A DNA stretch of 64,000 nucleotides, taken from positions 1 to 64,000 of IMG/VR virus record IMGVR_UViG_3300010939_000019. The stretch is one strand, 5' to 3'. The stretch is from a virus. How positions within the stretch are numbered: the stretch's first letter is position 1; each line of letters starts with the position of its first letter. This document shows, in pieces, positions 57,348-64,000 of the stretch. Both the position numbers and the translations under genes were made by a program. A model generated the notes under the pieces. That model was not told where the DNA came from. It worked only from the letters and a program-made list of their open reading frames with translations, and searched no databases.

Positions 57348-60203
57348 ATGCCATTCAAGATACCTAATGAAGCAGATGTTGATGCTGCTCATGTCGATCA
57401 GGCCGAGCCAGATTCAGTAGACTTCGACATCATCGCAGCGGCTTTTGCCTTAGATGGTGTTGTTTCTGGTTGTGTGGTAACCGCACAAGGCCCTGTAACT
57501 TTAACCGTGGATGTTGCTGCTGGCACTGTCCGTATTACGGGTGTAGATGGGACTATTAGTGGTACAACTGCTACTGTAGGAGCTGCCGATCTTACTGATC
57601 CTAGATTCGACCTAATTGTGGCTGGGTTAGGAGATATTGTGGCGGTGGTTGCTGGAACTGCATCCTCCAACCCCGTCTTCCCCGCTGTTCCAGCCTCCCG
57701 TGCTGTCCTTGCTGCTATTTATATCCCTTCTGGGGTTACAGCGATAGCGGCGAACCAGATAGTTGACAAGAGGATTGTGTTACTAGTTCAGGTCGGGATA
57801 ACACTAGCCGCTGATGCTCAGGAACTACTTAATATCACTGCTCAAGAATTGGGACTGGTGGCAAAGGCCGCTAATCTAATCCTAGCTGGCCCTATCTCTG
57901 GTGGTACTGCTGACCCAACCTTTCGAGCCCTCGTTGATAATGATATTCCCGCCGCTATTGCTCGTGACAGTGAGGTCACGGCAGATATTGCCACTCATGC
58001 TGCGCTGGTTGCAGTCCACCACAGTTTAGTCACCGTCAGTGGTGCTCCTAATTACCTAACCCTAGCCGGTCAGGATCTTATACGTGGTCTTATTGACCTT
58101 ACATCAGATGTAACTGGCCTTCTTCCATCGGGGAACATAGCTGCTGATATAGCGAGGGATAGCGAGCTACACTCTGAGATTCATGGCTCTGGACAACATG
58201 GTTCTGAGAGCGATGCGGCGGCCATCCACGACAACGTAGCCGCCGAGATCGTCGCTATCACGGAGAAACTCACTCCCGTCGCTGCCGATCTCCTGCTAAT
58301 CGAGGATTCGGTGGCGGCCAACGCGAAGAAGAGGGTGCAGGTAGGAAACCTCCCAGGTGGTGCGGGTGGCCACACAATACGGGACGAGGGGACAGACCTT
58401 GCGGCAAGGACGGGGCTGAACTTTCTCGGCCCGATGGTAGATGCGGTCGACGACGTGGGCGGGGACGAGTCCGAGATACGCCACTTCTCTCGCCTATACG
58501 ATGCCATCGTTGCGCCGAGCGCTGAAGCAGGTGCCTTCGCCGGAGGTTCAATCCCTGTTTTCACGACTGTCGCTGCTGCCATCACTGCGGGACACCAGAA
58601 TATATTCGTTCGTGGCGACCACTCTGGCGAGGTCGATCTGACAATCGCCGTCGGAGACAGCGTTGACGTGATTGTGGGTGCCGACCGGAAGTCGGCGAAG
58701 ATGCCGAACGTCATCTGCAACCGCGCCGAGGTACTGTTTCAGAGCCTCCTATTTGATGGCAAGAGCCTCACCTGTGGGGCGAACGGCATCCAGGCCCTAC
58801 GCTGTGAGTTCAAGAACCTCAATGGGTTCTTTGACCAGGGAAGTGTTAAAGTCGACCTTGTTGTTCGCGCCTGTGTATTCGATACTTGTACGGACGCAAT
58901 TAGAGGGGCAGTGTTAAACAGCCGCCTTTCCGTAGTCTCCAACGTCTTCAAGAATTGTATCGGGGCATTCTGTGTAGACGTGACGAGCAACACGGCTGGG
59001 GCCGTTGTCACCGGCAACATCTTCCGAGTGAGTAATACAGCCTCGATCCTCGTACGTGTTGGGCCGAGCACATCAAATATCCAGATCAGCGGCAACAGCT
59101 TCTTCCTGTCGGCCTCCCAGACAGGGGTTAGTGCCAATCAGTTTTGTATTATATCTGGTAACATCTTCAGTGGGGGCGCCACGGCTATAGGTGTCGTCCT
59201 GATCTTCCGCAATAATATCGTCGCAGGCAATCTATACAGGGGTGCTCCGAATCCCTGTATAGATGTCAAAGAGAGCGCCAACCTCATCGCAAATAATACA
59301 TTCCATCTGTCTAGCACTATCATCACGGTAATCGACGTTTCGGCAAACAAAGGGAACACGACCATCATTGGGAACGCCTTTGTTGCGAACACGGGTACCG
59401 TCGCTCACGTCGCGGTTGATCTGACAGCTGGCGCGGAAGCGGCCAAGGTACTTATCTCTAGTAATACCTTTAGCTCGCTGTCAATCGGAACGCTTGCTTG
59501 GGCTGGGGAGCCGGTAACTGGCTTCACGGCGGATACGCGCATTATCGGCAATGTCGGGGTGCCGGACAACGTGAATACAATCAAGGGGGAAGACGATTTC
59601 TACTTCCTTGACATAGGTTCCGCCAACGAGTCCTGGGTCAGCGTGGCCTCTGGCGGTTTAGCGCCAGCCCTACAGAACGCACATGGAGGCAGGGTACGCC
59701 TGGAGGCCACGACGGCTGGGCATAGGTCTGGCCTTCAGAATGGGACAAACACACTGGGGGCGTTCTTCGTTTTTGTCTCTGGCCGTCGGGCGAGTTATGA
59801 GGCCATCATAGATCACGTGGTAGGAACACCGCTGAATGTGGCCTTCCGACTAGGCTATGCAGATACCTGGAACGTCGCTGGTGACCCAGTGGGTGGCGTC
59901 TTCTTTCGCCGTAGCGGAACGGGGAACTGGTTTGGTGTTATTCGTAACGCTGGCGCGGAGACGATATTAGACCTGGGACAGGCGACGGGTGCTCGGTTCC
60001 TCATGCGCTTCACGAGGGGTTTGGTGAACGGAAGTGGCAGCCGCGTTCAGTTCTACATCGACGGTGTGCTGAAAGTCACGACCAGTACGTTGACCAATCT
60101 CCCGATCAACGCGCAGCACGTCGGGGGGAAATTGGATATTATTAACACGCAGAACCAGGAACTCGACGTGGACGTTATCAAGTGGGAAGGAGACCGGAAC
60201 TAA
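57348..60203 (+). CDS. G+C-rich fibre/tailspike-like protein with right-handed beta-helix repeats
   Basis: 951 aa. Repeated GN-I/F motifs (VTGNIFRV, ISGNSFFL, ISGNIFSG, VAGNLYRG, IANNTFHL, IIGNAFVA) typical of pectate-lyase-like beta-helices. The C-terminal about 200 aa look jelly-roll-like. Confidence 0.65.
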   Translation: MPFKIPNEADVDAAHVDQAEPDSVDFDIIAAAFALDGVVSGCVVTAQGPVTLTVDVAAGTVRITGVDGTISGTTATVGAADLTDPRFDLIVAGLGDIVAVVAGTASSNPVFPAVPASRAVLAAIYIPSGVTAIAANQIVDKRIVLLVQVGITLAADAQELLNITAQELGLVAKAANLILAGPISGGTADPTFRALVDNDIPAAIARDSEVTADIATHAALVAVHHSLVTVSGAPNYLTLAGQDLIRGLIDLTSDVTGLLPSGNIAADIARDSELHSEIHGSGQHGSESDAAAIHDNVAAEIVAITEKLTPVAADLLLIEDSVAANAKKRVQVGNLPGGAGGHTIRDEGTDLAARTGLNFLGPMVDAVDDVGGDESEIRHFSRLYDAIVAPSAEAGAFAGGSIPVFTTVAAAITAGHQNIFVRGDHSGEVDLTIAVGDSVDVIVGADRKSAKMPNVICNRAEVLFQSLLFDGKSLTCGANGIQALRCEFKNLNGFFDQGSVKVDLVVRACVFDTCTDAIRGAVLNSRLSVVSNVFKNCIGAFCVDVTSNTAGAVVTGNIFRVSNTASILVRVGPSTSNIQISGNSFFLSASQTGVSANQFCIISGNIFSGGATAIGVVLIFRNNIVAGNLYRGAPNPCIDVKESANLIANNTFHLSSTIITVIDVSANKGNTTIIGNAFVANTGTVAHVAVDLTAGAEAAKVLISSNTFSSLSIGTLAWAGEPVTGFTADTRIIGNVGVPDNVNTIKGEDDFYFLDIGSANESWVSVASGGLAPALQNAHGGRVRLEATTAGHRSGLQNGTNTLGAFFVFVSGRRASYEAIIDHVVGTPLNVAFRLGYADTWNVAGDPVGGVFFRRSGTGNWFGVIRNAGAETILDLGQATGARFLMRFTRGLVNGSGSRVQFYIDGVLKVTTSTLTNLPINAQHVGGKLDIINTQNQELDVDVIKWEGDRN

Positions 60204-60436
60204 TGGCTCAAGTTGTAATTATGGTCTCGGACGGACTACGAGATGATGCTGCGACTGTCTTTGCCTCTAGTGCAGAGGTCAGGTTATTTCTTCATCGGGT
60301 GCTGTGGCAGGAGATTCGTCGCCGAATGATCGTCGCCTTTGTCGGCCCTCTGGCCACGGCGGGGTCAACTAAACTTGAGGCGGACGTGGAGGCTGAACTC
60401 GCTCGACTCGATACCCGCCATGGGCTGGAACCGTGA
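60203..60436 (+). CDS. hypothetical protein (G+C-rich)
   Basis: ATG at 60203 in a TAATG overlap with the fibre stop. Confidence 0.4.
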   Translation: MAQVVIMVSDGLRDDAATVFASSAEVRLFLHRVLWQEIRRRMIVAFVGPLATAGSTKLEADVEAELARLDTRHGLEP

Positions 60437-60828
60437 GCGACTCTGGCAAAAAGACTGCCATCGCCAAGCTGGCTTCGATTATCGCGTCGGCGTAGTCTAG
60501 TGGCTCAGCCGTTTACGCTACGGAAATCTGCGGGTGGTTCTACTCTTCGGGGAGGAGATACTCTTAGAGGAAGAGAGCGTCCTCTTCCTGTAATAACGGT
60601 CATAATAACTCTTGTCAGTGGGCGCTTGACAAACATAACAAAAGGGGCTACGCTCTCAATAGTAGCTTTATCAGGACAGCTAAGGATAGTACGAATGGCG
60701 CTTGTGTTCGCAATACAACTCTTTTCAGGAATAACTACAGTTATTACAAAGAAGGACACAGAAGATATAGATATAACTCTAGCTTCTGGCAAGGCAGATA
60801 TTACTAAAGAATCTAAGGATTAACAGTT

Positions 60829-61158
60829 ATGCCTATTAAATTCTTTGTCGGAAATACACTTCCTGTCTTTACGTTCACTGTTAAAGATGAAGATGGTAAT
60901 GTTGTTAATCTCTCCAGTCCTAATCTTATATCGTTTAAATGTCATATTCGCGAAGAAGAAGAGTTGACTAATAAATTCTCTGGTGTAGAAGAAGATGGTT
61001 CTATTATAGATAAGCCTATAGGTCGTCTAGATTATACTCTCCCTGTTGGTGGTATTGATACTGCCGGTTCTTATACCGCACAACTCGAACTGGTTTTTAG
61101 TACTGGCATTCAGGAATCAGAGCGATTCAGGTTTACAGTAGAGGATGGCTTGAAATAA
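60829..61158 (+). CDS. Ig-like (BppU_N-like) small structural protein candidate
   Basis: GNTLPVFTFTVKDEDGNVVNLSS...ISFKCHIR...GRLDYTL...DTAGSYTAQLELVF pattern. Confidence 0.4.
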   Translation: MPIKFFVGNTLPVFTFTVKDEDGNVVNLSSPNLISFKCHIREEEELTNKFSGVEEDGSIIDKPIGRLDYTLPVGGIDTAGSYTAQLELVFSTGIQESERFRFTVEDGLK

Positions 61159-61778
61159 TGCCGTCAACTCAGAAAGTCAGACGTTTTATGTGTGCTATTT
61201 GTGGCAATAGAGTTAAGCCTAGATCAGGACAGAAGCTGCCTTCTAAAGCTGTAGCATGTGAACAGTGTACTGCAGATATTAAGAAGTCAACACGTGAAGA
61301 GCTAGAACGTGAATCTCCTACAAAACGGTTTCTTATGAAGTTCGCTTCTAATCTTTCTGGTCAACTTCCTGCTACTATAGTACAAGATGCTATGAAGAGA
61401 GCTAGAGGACATGCTGGTGGAACAGGTAAAATAACTAGAATTATAGAGAAGACTGAGATAGAGAAAGCAGCTGGTGTTCTTGATAAGAAACTAGTTGGCT
61501 ATCGTGATAAGGCTACAAAGGAAGAGATGCAGGAAGGTCGTATTTGTGTTAGCTGTAGCTTCTTTGGTATCGAAGGTAATAAAGGTGTATGCCAACTCGT
61601 AGAAGGTGACATAGAACAGTTTGGTACATGTGACTTATTTCAACAGGGAGAGTATACAGTTATGAAGTCACAGCCTGATTCTAGTGATGTTCATGTTGAT
61701 GAGCTGTTTCAAGATAAAGAAATGGTTACACTCTGTAAGTTTGAGTCTCCTGATGATGCATCAGAGGCTGAACAATAA
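61158..61778 (+). CDS. Cys-rich hypothetical protein
   Basis: 206 aa, CAICG...CEQC and CVSCSFFG...GVCQL...GTCDLF. Confidence 0.45.
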   Translation: MPSTQKVRRFMCAICGNRVKPRSGQKLPSKAVACEQCTADIKKSTREELERESPTKRFLMKFASNLSGQLPATIVQDAMKRARGHAGGTGKITRIIEKTEIEKAAGVLDKKLVGYRDKATKEEMQEGRICVSCSFFGIEGNKGVCQLVEGDIEQFGTCDLFQQGEYTVMKSQPDSSDVHVDELFQDKEMVTLCKFESPDDASEAEQ

Positions 61779-61779
61779 C

Positions 61780-62001
61780 ATGAATCCGTTTAAGAAGCAT
61801 CAGAATAATCCTGAGCCTGATCCTGGTATACTTATCGATTCTCACGAGAAACTGTGGAGTGCTGTAACTAGTTTAAGAATAGGTCAAGCTAGATTAGAAG
61901 AACGGATACGATATAGTTGGCTAGTAAGTGTAGGAATTATGGCAAGCCAAGTGGCAATCCTTAGCTTGGTAGCTGTTATCTTAGTTACACTGATTACATA
62001 G
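61780..62001 (+). CDS. small membrane protein
   Basis: ATG at 61780, right after the upstream stop. C-terminal TM helix VAILSLVAVILVTLI. Confidence 0.4.
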   Translation: MNPFKKHQNNPEPDPGILIDSHEKLWSAVTSLRIGQARLEERIRYSWLVSVGIMASQVAILSLVAVILVTLIT

Positions 62002-62011
62002 AATATAGCAG

Positions 62012-62695
62012 ATGGGTACTAAAGAAAACGCCACTATGCCTGATCGTAATGCGGCCTATTCTTCTGTGTGGGCTGCTGTTAAATCAGGTAAACTGAAACG
62101 TCATAAATGTGCGAGGTGTGGAGCAGGTAAAACACAAGCGCATCATCCTACAGGTTCTTATAGTGGTACTAAAAATATAGTCTGGCTATGTGATAAACAT
62201 CATCGTGCTGCTCATGTAAGAAAGCGCTCTGGTTCAGGGTATAAGAAGTCCGAAGAAATGGAGATAGTTAAGACAGATGACTCTCAGCGTTTAGTCTATC
62301 TTGTAGCTGTTAAACCTAACACTCTTGATACAGATAATCAGTGGTTTCCAATTGAGACTGTAGAGTTAATGGCTCATCGCTTTCTAGTTAGATATGGTCT
62401 TGGGGAAGCTCATATCTTTGAAGAGCATACTAAGAAAACATCAGGTGTTTTTATGGCTCAAAGCTATTTAGCACCTGTAGACTTTGTTCTTAATAGTCAC
62501 AGAATACCAGAAGGTACATGGATGGTAGTTTTATATGTTCCTAATGATGATATCTGGAATAAGATTATGAGTGGTGAGCTAACTGGTGCTAGCCCACGGG
62601 GGCCAGCAACTCTTCTACCTGGAGTGATGCCGACTCTTGAAGAGGTACACGGTTCTTCCATTGATGATAGACATGGTGTATCTGTTGGTGGCTAA
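62012..62695 (+). CDS. HNH-like zinc motif fused to XkdF-like (S78_2) prohead protease-like domain
   Basis: KCARCG...AHHPTG...IVWLCDKHHRAAH, then DDSQRLVYLVAVKPNTLDTDNQWF...GTWMVVLYVPNDDIWNKIMSGELTGAS as in XkdF. Confidence 0.6.
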   Translation: MGTKENATMPDRNAAYSSVWAAVKSGKLKRHKCARCGAGKTQAHHPTGSYSGTKNIVWLCDKHHRAAHVRKRSGSGYKKSEEMEIVKTDDSQRLVYLVAVKPNTLDTDNQWFPIETVELMAHRFLVRYGLGEAHIFEEHTKKTSGVFMAQSYLAPVDFVLNSHRIPEGTWMVVLYVPNDDIWNKIMSGELTGASPRGPATLLPGVMPTLEEVHGSSIDDRHGVSVGG

Positions 62696-62879
62696 GAGCT
62701 ATCTCAGCTCTCAGAGCTATTGATCTAAAAGATAAACCTGCTCGTCTCAGCAAAACTATTTTCTTATTTCGTTCTGCCATCCATTCTTCCATATGATCAT
62801 GGCTGTGATATACTCTGCATTTGCCACAGTCTGTATCCATAGTGTCTTCAAGTCTATCATATCTCATGGGATGTGTCAA
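62589..62879 (-). CDS. possible HTH protein on the minus strand
   Basis: 96 aa, IVLLRRAGLSFRSIALRAEI HTH-like. Its 3' 107 nt overlap the convergent protease-like gene, so it is doubtful. Confidence 0.3.
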   Translation of the reverse strand: MTHPMRYDRLEDTMDTDCGKCRVYHSHDHMEEWMAERNKKIVLLRRAGLSFRSIALRAEIALSHQQIHHVYHQWKNRVPLQESASLQVEELLAPVG

Positions 62880-62974
62880 GTAGGATAGGACGCCTATCTA
62901 GCAAGGGCATGGTTTTGCCTTGACATCGCCAGCTCTATATAAGATATTAGAGGTGGAGGCGGGTAGATTAGGTT

Positions 62975-63014
62975 TAGAGTAGTTTGAGTTTGAGTAGAGT
63001 AGTTTGAGTTTGAG
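62975..63014 (+). repeat. perfect 20-nt tandem duplication TAGAGTAGTTTGAGTTTGAG x2
   Basis: Copies at 62975-62994 and 62995-63014. Confidence 0.9.
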
Positions 63015-63122
63015 ATGGCAGGAGATATTCTTAAACGTCTGAGACTTCCAGGCAGGCTAGGCGATCCAGATATCAAGGACTTGTCGTTAGTCAAACGAGC
63101 AGCGAATAAGGAGAAGGTGATT

Positions 63123-63923
63123 ATGGCAAAGAGTAAAGAAAGCGATGACCCTCAGACTTATGACTTTTCAGAGGTTAATGATAAAACTAAGAGTGCTATT
63201 GCTTTAGCACATGAGGCAGTCAAGGATAAGGATATTATGGATTCTCTACCGGATGAGGTAGGGGAATTTTTTAAGTCTGCAGCTAAAGAGCTAGACTTAG
63301 ATGTAGAGATTATAAAAGCTGAACATCCTGAGCCGAAGGATGGCGAGAGTGATGAAGAGAAGAAAAAGAGGCTAGAGAATCTTAAGAAGGCTCAAGAAGA
63401 GGCTGATGAAAAGAAAAAGACTGAGATGATTAAATCAGCCTTTCCTGGTGTTCTTGAAGCTGCTCAGAAGGTTGTAGTTGAACCACTTCAGACTGAGATC
63501 AAAAAGGCTCAAGATGATCTTACTGAGATGAGAGATAAACTTCAGCGTGATGATATGCGAATCTTTGCCAGAGATATGATTCCTGGCGATGATCAGCCTT
63601 CTGATGAAAAGGTTGATGAGCTTATCACAATTAAGAAGTCTATGGATGACAAGAGTTGGAAAACTTATACTGAAAGCCAACGCGGCTTAGTAACTCAGAT
63701 TGAGAAATCGGCCCTGTTTGAACGTCAGGCTAGTCCAGTCGCAAGTTCGGCTGGCTCAGCTTATAGTAAGTTAGAGGAAATAGTTAAAAGCACTATCGAG
63801 AAGTCAGAGGACAAAGACCAGAGTAAGGCTTGGGATCATGTCATAAAGACAAATCCTGTTCTATATGAGCAGTATCGTACAGAACAGGCTGTACAGGCTA
63901 AGGTCGGCTCAGCTAGTCAGTAG
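63123..63923 (+). CDS. scaffolding protein candidate
   Basis: Acidic, Lys/Glu-rich, coiled-coil-like, located between the protease-like and capsid genes. The ATG at 63123 has RBS AAGGAGAAGG. The track start 63015 has none. Confidence 0.55.
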   Translation: MAKSKESDDPQTYDFSEVNDKTKSAIALAHEAVKDKDIMDSLPDEVGEFFKSAAKELDLDVEIIKAEHPEPKDGESDEEKKKRLENLKKAQEEADEKKKTEMIKSAFPGVLEAAQKVVVEPLQTEIKKAQDDLTEMRDKLQRDDMRIFARDMIPGDDQPSDEKVDELITIKKSMDDKSWKTYTESQRGLVTQIEKSALFERQASPVASSAGSAYSKLEEIVKSTIEKSEDKDQSKAWDHVIKTNPVLYEQYRTEQAVQAKVGSASQ

Positions 63924-63940
63924 TCGGAGGATAAGAGATT

Positions 63941-64000
63941 ATGGCAACAGGAGAAACTAATGCACCATCTTTCAGCTTACCAGCGGCTACAACTTTAGCC
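63941..64000 (+). CDS. major capsid protein candidate, 3'-truncated by window edge
   Basis: ATG with RBS GGAGG directly after the scaffold gene. Only 20 codons are visible. Synteny only. Confidence 0.4.
   Translation, partial: MATGETNAPSFSLPAATTLA

Noticed and set aside
57398-59392. Multiple ORFs antisense to or out of frame with the beta-helix fibre gene (57398-57670, 58181-58720, 58270-58551, 58296-58484, 58441-58641, 58672-58917, 58739-59137, 59138-59392)
   Set aside because: This is the same G+C-rich artefact. All lie inside the single 951-aa ORF, which has a clear repeat architecture.
60486-60560. tRNA-like string GGCGTAGTCTAGTGGCTCAGCC...GGTGGTTCTACTC
   Set aside because: I could not build acceptor, D or T stems with proper complementarity, and the T-loop consensus TTCGAAT or TTCAAAT is absent. 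It is kept only as a note inside the 60437-60828 finding.
1-64000. Search by eye for CRISPR arrays, rRNA, integrase/excisionase, CI-like repressor, DNA polymerase, primase and reverse transcriptase
   Set aside because: I found no regularly spaced direct repeats, no rRNA-like segments, and no ORF with tyrosine or serine recombinase, polymerase or RT motifs. Lifestyle (temperate or lytic) therefore cannot be decided from this window.

Overview
This window is almost entirely a tailed dsDNA phage or prophage genome, siphovirus-like, AT-rich and densely coded, mostly on the + strand. Left to right it contains: a neck and tail module (HK97 gp10-like protein, two paralogous tail-tube genes, a chaperone pair with a -1 frameshift, a tape measure, two large tail-tip proteins); a replication, nucleotide and lysis block (RepA-like ATPase, class II ribonucleotide reductase NrdJ, amidase endolysin plus holin candidate, two N6/N4 DNA methyltransferases); a recombination block (a Cas4/RecB-like nuclease carrying an intein, and an AAA ATPase); an ERCC4 nuclease flanked by HNH_3 homing endonucleases; an AAA+/vWA gene pair; about 8 kb of very small, often Cys-rich early genes; a minus-strand accessory operon with a macro-domain protein; and the packaging and head module (TerS candidate, GpA-like TerL, portal, GroES-like protein, HNH-XkdF protease-like protein, scaffold, start of the capsid gene). 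I saw no rRNA, tRNA, CRISPR array or integrase by eye. The observations most worth a second look are a ~265-nt highly structured intergenic RNA candidate (28960-29224), two families of conserved intergenic motifs (a sigma-A-like promoter with a TRTG -16 element, and a TrGGTGCAr element confined to 35-50 kb), four sharply G+C-rich islands inside the AT-rich genome, paired palindromic operators, the intein, and the homing-endonuclease-associated duplication. All functional calls rest on motif recognition and synteny only. No database search was run.
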